From: the human T2T-CHM13v2.0 reference genome, Homo sapiens
Assembly (NCBI RefSeq): GCF_009914755.1
Contig: NC_060927.1
Length of the DNA: 64,000 nucleotides
Reading direction: 5' to 3' (one strand)
In this document: one piece after another, positions 28,239 through 42,187 of the stretch
How positions within the stretch are numbered: the first letter of the stretch is position 1
How the letters are laid out: each line of letters starts with the position of its first letter
Made by a program: the position numbers and the translations under genes
Notes under the pieces: model-generated
Databases searched by the model: none
Seen by the model: the letters and a program-made list of their open reading frames with translations, nothing else
Told to the model about the DNA's origin: nothing

Positions 28239-30409
28239 TAAATGAAGAGCAAGGCAAAAACCTTCAAAACCCTCCCACCTTTGAACTCAAGGTGCCCAAA
28301 TATCAAAATATACCTTCCCCCCTCTATCTCTTTTGATTAGCCTCCAAGGCCCTCCTGCCTTGAAAGAAAGAATCTAACTTAGATGTCAAAATTAGATCTG
28401 TGCTTGCCTGTGCACAACAGAACTTCTGAAACTGCGGAATGTCTAAGAAATTAAATAAAAATGTAACCAATGGTCAAACCCTGAATGAAAAATGGAACAT
28501 GGGCCAGACACCAGCTGCTCTAATACCCCTGGCTCAACAGCAGGACATATCACAGCAAAATCAGGAAAACTCGATTTTGTGACACTTACATAGAAAATTT
28601 TTGTAGCAAACATCAGAAGCTGACACCTTACTTTCTGCAAGCAAACCGGGAAACTGTGATATGTAAGAGAAAAGGAATGGCTCTCTTATGTACCTGAATT
28701 TCTCAGTTCCGACCATTTCTTTCTTCAAGATACATAAATAATGAGCCCAATGTGATTAAGCCCCAATCAGCTTCTAACCAGGCCTTGTCTGCCACCTGTG
28801 TCTCCCAGGGCAGGTGTGCAGTTTGGGCATTAACAAACTGACCACTGTTAACAATACCTTTTTCCTAGGGCCTATTTTTCTCTGGATATGTTGGGGGATT
28901 TATTCATAGGCCTCCCTGTGCACTGAGAAAATGGACCCCCATGCCTTTAGCCTCCATCCTCTCAAAGGAACTTACTGTTTTGAGAAAATGTATAGTTACA
29001 ATCTGAATTTGCACTTTCAAGTCGTCTCAATCTTTTAAAGCTTGATTATGTCAAAAAGAAAATTCCAGTTTTGGTGGCACATCCTACCACCCATTATCCT
29101 TGTGAGCAGTGCGAATAATTTATCTGAAAACTATTCTCTGATATGCATACAAGAACTTAAGATGTAGGAGAAGGATTCAGCGTATGAACTGAATTCAGAT
29201 TGTTCACGAACAGCATCTGCCCACTCCCCTGATCGCTTCTTAGGTATGGGAACTGCATTTAGAGTGAACTGCATTAATTCGCAAGCAGATTGACGTAAGC
29301 AACTGAATAAGAAATTTGCATACCATATAGAAATGATTATAGAAATCATACTCTAAAATAAGGATAGTAACTCATGTACAGAACGGAAAGATAAAGTGGA
29401 GTGCCAACTCTGCCGTCTTAAAACAGGGTTGGCTAATCATATTAGGGCTAATTTCATAATTTGCACACATTAAACTTTCTAGAGTCATGAATCATTAGAG
29501 TTTTGTGAGCCAAAGTTGAAGTTCTTACTTAGGAAAATTCAAATTGACTTTAGGGAGTTGCTTTCCCGGGCTGAGGTGGTTTTCATCATTACTCTCAACA
29601 TACAAAAGCATGGTCTATGTATGTACATAATTTCCAGGCTATTACATGGAAAAAAATTCAGGTGAATAGGTAAATGGAATGCTTTACATTAAACCACACA
29701 GCTGGTTTCCAAGCAGATAGTGAAAGGACACAAATATACCATCTAAAAGGTACTGTCTGGAATCCTAGAATTTGAAGACAATAAGACCCAACAACTCTAA
29801 CTGGGTTAAGAACACTTTCCAAAGTCCTCTAGACAGTTTTGAAACTAGATCTATTTCAATTCAATGAACATGAGCTCTTTGGGGAATGATTTCTCATAAG
29901 GGAAGAACATGATCTTTTTAGGAGCTGGATATGGCATTGAGTGGTTTCCAAAAAGCAGTCAACATACAAGGACTGGGTGCAGGGACAATATTCAGATGGT
30001 GGTCCAGGAGCTGGGAGGGGTGTTGGGTTTCAGAAGAGAAGGCAGAGTGGCATGAAGGCTGGAGGAGGGAAGATGGCAGCAGATTGGGGAGAGCATGGCA
30101 GGCAGCACAGGTGGATGGAGAGGGCATCTTGATCTCCTAGGAGGGAATATTTGGGTGTCCATAGCAACTGCCCAATTAAGGGAGTCTAGAAAACAGGTTC
30201 TGATGCCTGGGGCCCAGGAATGAGGAAAATAAAGACAAAGTGCTGCTTTTTAAAAGTTAACATGTGTTTTCACCATGTACAGCTGGGTTCTGCCTCCAAT
30301 GGCGCCCTTTCCTCTTGCTTTATTTTTACTCTCAGGAAACCGTATTCTCCTCTTTCTACTTCTCACTGCATATGACTCTATTTTTTTTCTCTTTATGGGA
30401 GGGAGAACG

Positions 30410-30410
<1 letters not shown>

Positions 30411-30451
<41 letters not shown>

Positions 30452-30469
30452 CACACACACACACCACAC
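30411..30469. repeat. (AC)19 plus imperfect extension; (UG)n in CADPS pre-mRNA
   Basis: Read directly from the sequence. Confidence 0.95.
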
Positions 30470-32005
30470 TTGCCAGATCACTTACCCAAACCTTACCCTG
30501 GGGAGCCAGCCATCTCATTTCTGTAAAAGGCACAAACCTCAGACCATTGTCCTTATACAAGATACACATTCAACATGCTGGGTGCCCTCGACAGCTACAG
30601 ATGGTTTGGGATCCACCAGCCAGGAGGTAAGAAGTCTGCGTCAGGTCCCCCATTGAAGTGTTCAGATGGGTCTAGGGCCTGAGCACAGAGAGTTAAATCA
30701 TAAATTAGCCATGAGTTAATACGTGAGGCCCGGATCACTCTGCCTTGCCGTCAATGCTTCTCGTCCACAAGGCTCCCTCCCCCTTCCTCCCCACACCCCC
30801 CACCCTTTTGAGGTGACAGAATAAGAAATTAAACACTTGTGGGTTCATTCGAAAGAGTGAATGAAATTGAATAAGCTCTCAGTACTTGAGGCGCACAGCG
30901 AGCGCCTGAATGGGGCAAACCTCCTAAGTTGAATGGAGTGTCTTTTGGGACCAATTTGTCTCTTTTCACTCTTTATTCTTCCCTTTTTGCTGACAGATGT
31001 ACAAAGGCGGAACTGCGCCGTGCAGCTTATCCGCATGCACCCACAGCAGCTGTCACTTTTGTCGAGCAAGTTAATCAAGCAAATGCCACCATATCCCACT
31101 TTCTATAAGGAACAACATGTTATAGACAGTAGTCTTGCTAGAAAGAGACTTTATTTTAACTTTGATTGGCTTCGTTCCCCCACCCCTCCTGACGCTTCCC
31201 CCTTTTCCCCCCAAAGGAGGGGGAAGGGGGGACTTTGCCCAAGCCAAGGATTTGGCTATGACAATGTCAGATTTCATAATAATATTGTGTGTGAGGCTGG
31301 AGACGCATTTGGAGTTCTTTCCTAGGGATGGAGGGATGCCCCGGGTCTGGGTTTTTTTGGAGTGTGCTATTGTTTGTGCTGGACTGTTAGGCTGCATGTC
31401 TCAAGTTATAAAAAGAAAAGCCGAGGGCAGAAAATAGTATTACGCCACGAATGTCTTGGATTAATTTTATTCTTTTTTCCTTTGTAAAGCAGGTTGTGTT
31501 ATTTACATATTTCTTTTGATAAGCCTCCTTGCCTGGCTAAGCTTACAAAGACTGTGCTAAATACATAATAGCATTTCTTTGTGCATCTTGTCGTTAGCGA
31601 GTTCTTTAAGTTGAATGCCCAAATTTATTTCTAATGTGCACCAACAAATGCAAGCAGGCCTCCATTTCTCTAATTCTGTGTAAGCCAAGTGGGGAGCCTT
31701 TACAAGAATTCCCTCACGTCCACATCCACTTACCCTTCTGCCTCAGTTACCACTATTTGATGGTGTTCAGAAACCACAGGCAAGAGTGAGCTTCATTAAA
31801 CGGTACGCAGTGCTGACCTCAGCCACTGCCCCTGAGCCCCCAACCTGAATGCCAAAACCAGACATATTTTGAATAAACAAACTCTTTAGAAACAATGCAT
31901 ATAGGCCACTTTCCAATGGCCAAGGGATTTGCCACTTTCAAGAGTTGGCTAACAGCTGACGATCTATCGGGAAAGCTCTTTAAAGTTTCAAGAGAAAAAA
32001 CAACT

Positions 32006-32097
32006 CCCTTTTTTTCTTTTCTCCTTTCTTCCTTCCTTTCTCTTTCTTTTCTTTCTTTCCTCTTTTCTTTTCCTTCCTTACTTTTTTTCTCTTTCAT
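32006..32097. repeat. CT-rich polypyrimidine low-complexity tract
   Basis: About 90 nt almost entirely C/T. Confidence 0.85.
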
Positions 32098-33650
32098 CAC
32101 CTTGTCACATTGTTTAGTGTAAGCTTTGGTTAGAAATAAATCAAGACAGGACTTTGGTGATACCTGATCTCAAATTTTCACATTGCTGACATCTTAGGCA
32201 TTATTGGATAATGACCACGTAATGATTTAGTTGCAACTCCATTTGTATTATGCACAGATTGTATAACCATGTTATTCTATAACTGTCGATTACTCACCTC
32301 CCCTTTCCATAAAGTATTGCTAATCTGTGAAACCTCATAGTGCCATTGAAAACTTAGCTATGTAGGTAGGTTAAAAGAGTCAACAGTACCTCATTGGAAA
32401 ATCTTGAGCATTGTTATTTAATAATACCACTGTGTCAAGCTTTGCTTAAGGAACTTAAGCTGCTACCCTAAACCATTTATTAACTGTCTGGGATGTAATG
32501 CTATTGTGTTACCAACATTTTACCCCCCAAATAAACCACAAAACTTTATTCTTATGGGATAAAAGATCTTAGAACACAGAGGGAGAGATAGACTGAAAGC
32601 TGAGACCTACCCCTTAGTTAGGCCTAGGTAGAAGTGGATTTTGAAGCATATATGGTATGCAAGATTCCCTACTGCGCTGTAGTCTCTTTCAGCTGAGGAT
32701 GGGGTATCACCCTGAAGTGGGTTACAGAAGTGCTTTCTGGGATCATTTTAGGACCAGGGTCTGCTGGTATTCATAGAGCTTGAGTCCAGTGACAATGTCC
32801 CCACATTCACGAAAAGACCTGCCCTAATGGGGTTGAATTTTCATTAAGGGGTCTCTCTGATTAGCTATGCAACACCCATCATTGTTAGTGGACAAGCTGT
32901 GACTAATAAGCCACGTTCTAGCTAGAGGGTCATAGAATCACAATTTCTGTCTTATATCCTGCGGTGATCCATGAGGGAAATAGTGATTACAGTAAGAACC
33001 CCAGTGGATGAATTTGGGACACATAGCACTCAGTATAGTGGGGGCTTTTAGGGGTAGGAAGCACATATTTGAATAGTGTAAAGTTTTTGCCTAAGATATT
33101 ATAGTTACATGGCTATTCTTGTGGTCAGAAAGAAAGAGGTTGGATCTAGGACTATTTTCCAGGCTTCTGAATTTGCCGAAGTCAGTTTGCCACTCAGTAA
33201 ACCAATTTCTTCATCTATAAAAACCTACCTCACAAGGAGATCATGAAAATTACATGCATTATTACACTTAAGTGCCTAGAACAGTACCTGGTACATAGTG
33301 CCCAGTGAATATTGGCTCTCATTGGCCTCAATACCTGTAACATGGAGATCACGAAGGTTCCTATATCCTAGGGCTGCTAAGAGGATTTAAAAGAAATAAC
33401 ACATTTAACAAGATGGTGCTGCTATCTCTAATGTACAGTCAGGAAAATATACATTTAGAAAACTCTAAATAAATGTTATAATTGTTATTATTAAACAGCC
33501 ATTTATTAGAAACTTCAATTAATTGGAATCTTTCCTCGTGTTTTCCTCTTAGGAGAATGCTGCCTTTTTTTCTCTCCCTAAAAGCCCTCTTTGGGATTTG
33601 TATCAAAAGAGCAGCTTTCAGAATGTGCTTTGGGCTGACAAACACTGTAG

Positions 33651-34032
<382 letters not shown>

Positions 34033-34761
34033 TGATAATTCACTCTTTTAACATCTTTGAGACTGGATAGTGACACCTGGGGTTAAGTAGTGTGAAGCAA
34101 GAGTTCTAAAGTGTCTTGACCCAGAGCATTAGACTTGGCTTCAGATGCTCAATAAGGTGGAAAACAGAACTAAAACATTTACAAAATTGTTTCAAAAGTT
34201 GTCGAAACAGAAAAGGTTTTCCAATGAATCTTCAAATTCACCAAAAAATCAAATGGGCCAAAGCGATTCATTACCCATTACATGAACCAGAATACTATAT
34301 TTTCAAGGCTTACAAAAAATCAACTGACAATTGCAAAAATCCACAGTGAGATTCTTTAAGGACTTAATTCATGTTTTTGAGTTAGAATTGGAAACCGAAA
34401 ATATACCTGACAAACTACACAAGATACTATCAGGGCTAGGAAGTCATCAATACCTATTTAACAAATGGTTATTGAAGGCTTACATATGCCGGACACTAGT
34501 GGTGAATTAGGTAGACAATAACAGTGCTCTCAGAGGTGGGGATGAAAATACCATAGTTTCAGAAGAAAGGGCCCTGAGGATCTGGGCAAGTTCATTTTGG
34601 ACCTCAGGTTTCCTGTCTTAAAATGAAAATAATACTATCTCTTCCCATCTCTCCACAGTGTTGCTACAGAATAAATAAAGTTATGAAGTCTTGTAAGATA
34701 CAAAGTAGGAAGGGTATTAACAGAAATAAACATGTATTTCAGTATCTTTTATCCTTAGAGT

Positions 34762-34960
34762 CAGGGTTCAGCCACCTCAGCACTATTGACATTTTTGCAG
34801 ATAATTATTTGTTATGGGGGGGACTGTCTTGTTCATGGTAGTATGTTCACCGCCTATCCATTAGATGCCAGTAGCACCCTCCCGCCACCAATCAAAAATG
34901 TCTCCAGACATTTCCAAATGTGCTGTAGGGGACAAAATCACCCACAATGGAGAACCACTG
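34762..34960 (-). mobile_element. MER20 (hAT-Charlie)
   Basis: cactattgacattt...tagatgccagtagcac...aaaaatgtctccagacat...gagaaccactg. Confidence 0.8.
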
Positions 34961-35699
34961 CTCTAAATTAGTGGTTCTTGACCAGATTAAACTCTCGGAA
35001 CTTATTTTAAAAACAGATGTCTAATCCCTACCTTAGATCTACTGAATCAGAATATTTAATGTACAACTGGAATGAGTACATTTTTAAAATAAAAAAGTAC
35101 ATATGTAGTTCTGATGCATACCCCTGGTTAAGAAGCAAACATTAAAAGACAAAATTACACGCACATAAAAAGAATTTAGCCCTCAAGTTTCTCGAGCAGC
35201 GAATGCCTACAAAGCAGGTACCTACATGCCTAGATTGGAGTCATCATAACTGGGTTGAAGCCATCCTTTGTTTAAAAGTGAATAGTGTAATTTCTGAAAG
35301 AATATTTCCAAGGAGAAGCTCTGTTAAGGCTAATGAAGATACAGTGTTGGTAAGTCAGGGACACTCCCAAAGGAAGCAATAATGTTTCCTTGCTTAGTGC
35401 CTAAGCATAGACTCCTGCCTCTTTCGCCTCCCCAAATCCTGGACATCTGTAGATTAAGCCCAGTCCTGCCTCCTGGGGCACCTTCTTTGAGGCTTCCATC
35501 TCACTGGGATATTACTTTAGTCTAAGAAAGATTTCCTTTAGCGATACTGTGGCACAACTGAGCTCTCTGCTACTTGCTATCATGTTTTCTGATCATTTCA
35601 TCACTGGTAAAGATCCCTGTTGGTGTGGAATGTATCGCTACTTTTCTCTCCGCTGCAAAGCCTACCTTAGTATTAGGAAAGGGTGTGGGGTGTGTGTTG

Positions 35700-35999
<300 letters not shown>

Positions 36000-36336
36000 G
36001 TGTGTTGGTTTTTTACACCACTACCACTACTGATGACGACAACAATAAGAAGAGATATTCATGGAGTCATTTCTATGTGCCATGCACTGTGGTTTGTGCT
36101 TTAGAGGCATCGCCTCATTTAGTCCTCCTAATTCAAAAAGCTACCTACTGTTTTTATCCACTTTTTTTACAGAAAAGAAAATTGAGTCTTGGAGAGGGTA
36201 AAGTAGCTTACCCGATGTCACACAGCTAGTAAGTGGCAGACCCAGGAATTAAACTTAGAAATGTCTGACTGCAAAGCCTATGCTCCTAACATCTGCTCGA
36301 TATAAAGAAACAAGTCCCTTGAAAAGTTGACAGGGC

Positions 36337-36640
36337 GGTCAGGCATGGTGGCTCACTCCTGTAATCCCAGCACTTTGGGAGGCCGAGGTGGGCAGATCAT
36401 GAGGTCAGGAGATCGAGACCATACTGGCTAACACGATGAAACCCTGTCTCTACTAAAAATACAAAAAAAAAAAAATTAGCTGGGCATGGTGGCAGGCGCC
36501 TATAGTCCCAGCTACTAGGGAGGCTGAGGCAGGAGAATGGCGTGAACCCAGGAGGCAGAGCTTGTGGTGAGCAGAGATTGCGCCACTACACTCCAGCCTG
36601 GGTGACAGAGCGAGACTCCGTATCAAAAAAAAAAAAAAAA
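36337..36640 (+). mobile_element. Alu (AluY-like)
   Basis: Diagnostic gagatcgagacca and ggagaatggcgtgaaccc; 16-bp TSD gaaaagttgacagggc at 36321-36336 and 36641-36656. Confidence 0.95.
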
Positions 36641-36997
36641 GAAAAGTTGACAGGGCACCTTTCAGTAGAAGGAGGCTGTAGTGACTCATTGAACTGACAA
36701 GATCTGAGTTTTTGTTGAAGCATTAATGCTCCATGGGAACTATAGATGGGTGAGTGTTAAGTTCAAGTTGGCAAAATTAGGTGTTAATAATTGCTTTTTA
36801 TTTTTTAGCTCCTAAAAACATGTTTTTGGATGAAGCTTGTCAAAAGGATTTCTGAGACGAGTTCCCGAGATATCTACCAGGTAGAATATCCTTTAGAGAC
36901 AGTCACTGGAGTCCCACAGATCATGCTCATGATTTAAACTCAAATAATCCATTCACTAAAGACAAATGATTTGTGTCAGTGGAAGTATCATCTAGAG

Positions 36998-37214
36998 CAT
37001 GGTTTTTCAATCTCTCTACACTATTGCTATTTTGAGCTGGATCATCCTTTACTGTAGGGGCTGTCCTGTGCACTACAGGAGGTTCAGCACTGGCCTCTGC
37101 TTGCTAGATGCCAGTAACATGCCCCCAACCCCCGAGTTGTAGCAACCAGGAATGTCTCCAGACATGGTTAAAAGTCCTCTGTGGGACAAAAATCACCCCC
37201 CGGTAGAAGCACTA
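36998..37214 (-). mobile_element. MER20
   Basis: ggggctgtcctgtgcact...ctagatgccagtaac...aatgtctccagacat...aaaatcacccc. Confidence 0.8.
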
Positions 37215-37820
37215 ACTCAGAGTTCCCCAAACTAATGAAGCACCTAATAACTGAGTCTTTTCTCTTTAACAGGATGATTTCCTAGGGCAAAGAATGAATT
37301 TTCTGAACAAAAGGGAGTGATATTTCTCTTCCTTAAAAGATGATTTTAAAGAAATTTCACTAGAAAGCAACTCATGCATTTAACTTTGCTTACTTTACAT
37401 ATTATTTGTTCTTTTCTAAAAAAAAAATCTTTTTTTCTACACAAATAATGAGAGGGGCTTTATACCTTGGTTGGCATACAGATCTGTTAATTAATAATAC
37501 TCCCATCCTGGGCAAGACCTGGAGCTTTGTTGGTATAACTGGCTTTAGTCCAGGGATGGTCAGAATGGAAAATTCTGCCAAAGGCAGTCAAGGCAGCCCA
37601 ATATGGCAAGTGACACTATCATTGTAAGCCTTTTGATACAGGAATATTCACACTGGAGGCAAATCACTAGACTCTATTAACTGGATTTTTAGTCAACTCA
37701 GCAGGAGTTTAACAGAAGAACAGGAGGCTGTTAACTGTTCTCTTCTGAATTGGGAATTTGGAATGAATGAAGTATTTAAGTTGAGCCTTCTTTTCAGGTT
37801 TTTGGACACACAAAAATAAC

Positions 37821-37839
37821 TTGCAGCCACCTGGTGGAA
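37821..37839 (-). promoter_or_regulatory. Candidate CTCF site (CCACCAGGTGGCTGC)
   Basis: Fits the CCASNAGRKGGC core; motif match only. Confidence 0.45.
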
Positions 37840-37842
37840 GCA

Positions 37843-37846
<4 letters not shown>

Positions 37847-37882
<36 letters not shown>
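37847..37882. repeat. T36 homopolymer
   Basis: Read directly from the sequence. Confidence 0.95.
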
Positions 37883-37887
<5 letters not shown>

Positions 37888-38317
37888 GAGGTCCGGGTGG
37901 AACTATAAAAAGGAAAGGAAAGAGAAGTAATCAAGGGAGGCCAAAGTGGGAAGCTGTATTGCTGATCTAACGTGCTGTTCCAGTTCCTTCTTTTGGCTCT
38001 AAGTGGGACTATTCTGGATACAGTCAGGGGAGAAGAGGGTCCTGGATGTCTAACAAGCTTTTCCCATCATTGCATGGAGTCCTCCAAACATAATCTCCTT
38101 CAGAGACTGGCAAAGGCTCCCAAGCTAACTCCCAGATGGACACATGGACTTCTTGAGTAATCATTTTAACAATTCCTAAGCTCGACTTTGTTGTTGCTAC
38201 ATCATACTCATCGCGTTTTTGTGTGATGATGGCAGTGGCAGGGGGCTGTATTACATCCAGAGAGGAAGGGCTACCTGTATACTTTTAGTGGTAACCTCTT
38301 TTCTAGTTTGTGCAGAT

Positions 38318-38532
38318 CAGTGGTTCTCAAATGGGGATGATTTTGCCCCCCAGGGGAAATTTGGCCATATCTGGAGACATTTTCTTCATTTTGAGAAGGA
38401 CAGTGGCTGCTACTGGTGTCTAGAGTAGAAACCAGGGATGCTGCTCAACATCCTTTAATACACAGACTAGCACTCTACAACAAAGAATTATCTGACTCAA
38501 AATGTCAGTGGTGCCAAAGACGAGAAACTTTG
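38318..38532 (+). mobile_element. MER20
   Basis: cagtggttctcaa...gattttgccccccagggga...caacaaagaattatc...gagaaactttg. Confidence 0.85.
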
Positions 38533-38779
38533 CTTTAGAAGTATTTTTGAAACTGAGGATTGTAAACTTATTTGTGTGTAGTAGAATCATTTTACCTGTT
38601 ACCACTGAAATTTTTGAAATTCAGTGGTAATATCAGGAACTATCAGACTGCATCACATAAATATTGTTTTATAAACTTTTGTTTCGTGTGTGTGTACACG
38701 CACACTGGGTTGCAATGTAAAATTTCTTTCTCATTGTGAGTTGGGGCAAATAAGTTTGAAGTAATTGATCTTGCCCACT

Positions 38780-38940
38780 ATGTGCCAAACTTTTATGTGC
38801 ACTTGAATCAAAGAGACTCTTGTTAAAATGCAGATTCTGATTCATTTGGTCTGGGGTTAGGGCTGAGACTATATATCTCTTACAAACTTCCAGATGATGC
38901 TGATGCTGAGGGCCTGTGGATCACATTTTGAATAACAAGA
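38780..38940. mobile_element. MER5-type DNA transposon
   Basis: cttgttaaaatgcagattctgattca...ccagatgatgctgatgctg...cacattttgaataaca. Confidence 0.6.
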
Positions 38941-41900
38941 ACCTATGCAAGATTTAAATTCACTCATTAAAATAATTAGAGCAGTAACTATGTATCTAGG
39001 TATTGATCGTGAAATCTTTTGATAGCCTATCTGGAGCCCAGCAGGGAGAGAAATAGTTACTTGTTTAATAAATGAGAAGTATTTGAGGATTTAACACAGC
39101 TCGTCTCCTGCAATGCAATGTGATAATATTTCTTCCACAAAATGTGCTTTGGCTACTCTGTGTGTTTGTGTGTGTGTGTGTGTGTGCACACGCGTACTTG
39201 TACATGTGTACTGTGTTTGAGTCTGTCACTTACTGCTTCCATGCCGTTAAGTCTGCCATAAGAAAAAAAAAAACCCCTGTTCTAAGACACAGAAGTATTG
39301 TGTGGGTCATGTTAACAAGAATACTGTGACCTTAACGTAACAGAGCAATCAGCTTGGCTTCTTAGAATGATTAATGGAACATTCTCCTCTGGAAAGGAAA
39401 ACAAATTAACTGTCTTCACCAAATGTCTTCTGGAACACAGAAAGCTGTTCTGATAAAGACACTTAGCAAAACTCTTCATTGCCTACAAGCTCCAGAGAAA
39501 ATTCAAGACTGGCTTTATGTAAGGTTTGCCTGAAGGTAAGAGAGATCTATTTCTATGAATGGCTTTGGAAGGAAATAGCTAGATTAGAAAACTACTTGAA
39601 GATATGTTACAGAAATGTAAATCTGTGAGAATACCAACAAAAAACCCCTCAGTTTCTTTTGGATAGTAATAACCCATTTAACATGATTAATCCAAATCTG
39701 TTAATGCCCCTTATCTTTTTTTGTATGCAGGATTGCTGAAAGTTCAAAATACCCAGGCATGGAGTGAAGCATTCCCAAGTCCATGTGGAATGGAAATGTG
39801 TTTCTATACCTAAGACTCCAAAAGCAAAGTAATTAATTGTTATCACTTACTTGTAATTGTGAAGCCCATGGGGGAAGAGGGGATTGACATTTGAATACTA
39901 TTCACTGCAATAGGGCATCAGAAAAGCACCAAAACACTCGGTTCATCTCCTCTCATCCTAATAGAAGAGGAATTATCAAAACTGTTAAAAGCAGATTTGG
40001 ATGGTGGGAGTTAGAGAAAGCATGAAGACACTGGGAATTCGAGTGGCCCTGGAGGGCATAAGTCATGAAAACGAACTTGGATTGTTTTTTAATTTTAGCT
40101 TGGAAGTATCCTGAGGTTCACTTCCAAGAATCCAAACAGAGCTTAGATTGGGACTGAATACATGGTTTTCCTCTGCCAAGGAAACTTAACTCCCTAATAA
40201 GGTATATATCTTACATACATACATACACATACACACACACCCTATTTTAAAATATATATATCATATATATATAGATACCCGTTACGTAACAATATTTAGT
40301 AGGTAATGTTACCAATCAAGGTGAGTGATGGGTTTCTCATTTCCCTCCAACTTGTCTCCAGTTTCTGTATTCTTTTTGGGAAATGACACTCTACAGCTGT
40401 AATGCATGGCCTAGGGTATGACTTAATTGCCAGAGTTTACTTTGGGGCTCGAAAATAGATGAAAGAATCAACTGTCTCTTCTTCCTGTAACTGCCTTTCC
40501 CAGTTCATTTGGATTAGCTTTCTGGTTTCAATACACATAATCTCACAGATTCTAAGGGATGTCCTAGTAGCCTGGCTGACATGCTCTTTAGCTTCATAAT
40601 TGAGGATAGAGATGAGGTCACAGTTCAATTAAAATTTGATCTAAAGAGTATGGAAAAGCTCAGCTTCAGACTGATTTGGAGGGCTTAATTTCAGATTGAT
40701 AACCTCGGGGAAAATCCCGGTAGAATTAACAAAGGACCCTTCCCAATAGTATGGGTATGTGTGTGTCAAAGTCACCAGTCTAAGACTTCAAAGCAGTTAC
40801 AGTGACACAAGAAATGCTGGACTGTGACCCTCTGATTTACCCACCCAGCTCAGATAGCTGTGCCTTATTCCAGTAGTTAAAATCTCTGTATGTCTTCACA
40901 TGGCCACCTTGTACTCTGGCCTCTGTGAGTTTTTTACAGTTTAGCCCCACCTCAATCTTTTTTTTTTAAACTAGCTTCAGAAGTTTTCCTTACATACAGA
41001 GAACAGCTTAAATAAAAAACCCCGGTTGAATTCTGCTAAGTTACTAATTATGTTTAAAAGAACTACTTGGTTGAATTCAGCTTGATTTTTTTTTTTTTTC
41101 TCAGCAAATCAGTTCTATGTTTAGATAGTAATAAACTCCTCCAGTCTGCAGAACAATTGGCACGGCAGTCCCTATAACAAGTCAAGATCATGAAAAAAGG
41201 GCCAGTGCTGGTTCAAAATAAATTTAAGGGGCATCACAACCTTGCCCTGCATCAAATCCTGGTTTGCACAAACCAGCTGTAAAGAATATTTTGGGGACAA
41301 GTGGGTAATTTTGAATACAGTGTATGAGAGGAAAATTTACTGGCATGGGAAATAGTGACCATTAACTTTAAAAAGCAATTTTTTTGCTTACTCATTTTAG
41401 AAAAAGAGTACATTATATATATATATAATTATATAGAAAAAGATTAAAAAAAACACCACTGATAATGATATGTGGGTGCTGGGAACACAACATTTTAATC
41501 TTCTTATTTTTTGGTTAGCCATATTTTCTAAATGTCTACAATATACATATACTGCATCTTAATAGTAAAGGGTATTAATTACTCCCTCCCTCTCTCTGCC
41601 CCCACCCCCCAAAACCCTGAAGTTCCGAAGGTTAATTCTGATTTATTTGGCAATGCAGTGTAGTTTTGTTGAGGGGGTAGAGCTAGGCTATTTCAAAATC
41701 ACTTGAAGGAACAAGTAGTTCTATGAGATGATAAGGATGATGATGATAAGAGACTCATTGAATTTTTAACTACGTCTGTCTACATTCATTATATCATTTA
41801 GTCCTCACGAAAACTGTAAGAAGCCAGTTTCTTTACAGATGGGGAAATTGAGGCTTAGGGAAGTGAAATAATTGACCCCAGGTTAGAAAGCTCAAAAGTG

Positions 41901-42149
41901 GCAGAACCAAGTTTCCTCCTTCTGTCTGTCTTACTTCAAAGCCCCACTCCTGACCATCACTATTTTGCCTGTTTCAGGAAGATGTTTTACCAAAAGTAAA
42001 AAAGGTACCAGGCTGCTCTACATCAAGCAATTCTAAGCAAGCTTGGGGTTAATGTCTTAAAGTGATGGGGAGACTCATAGCACCTTAACATGAATATGAA
42101 ACTTTGCTTAACAAGGAAAAAAAGAAGGCTGGGAAAAGCATTTCCATTT

Positions 42150-42187
42150 TGATGATGATGATGATAGTGATGATGATGATGGTGGTG
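42150..42187. repeat. (GAT)n microsatellite at a MIR end
   Basis: Read directly; source of the spurious poly-His ORF. Confidence 0.85.

Noticed and set aside
38599-38630. 11-bp inverted repeat ttaccactgaa/ttcagtggtaa
   Set aside because: Lies among DNA-transposon remnants with no supporting context.
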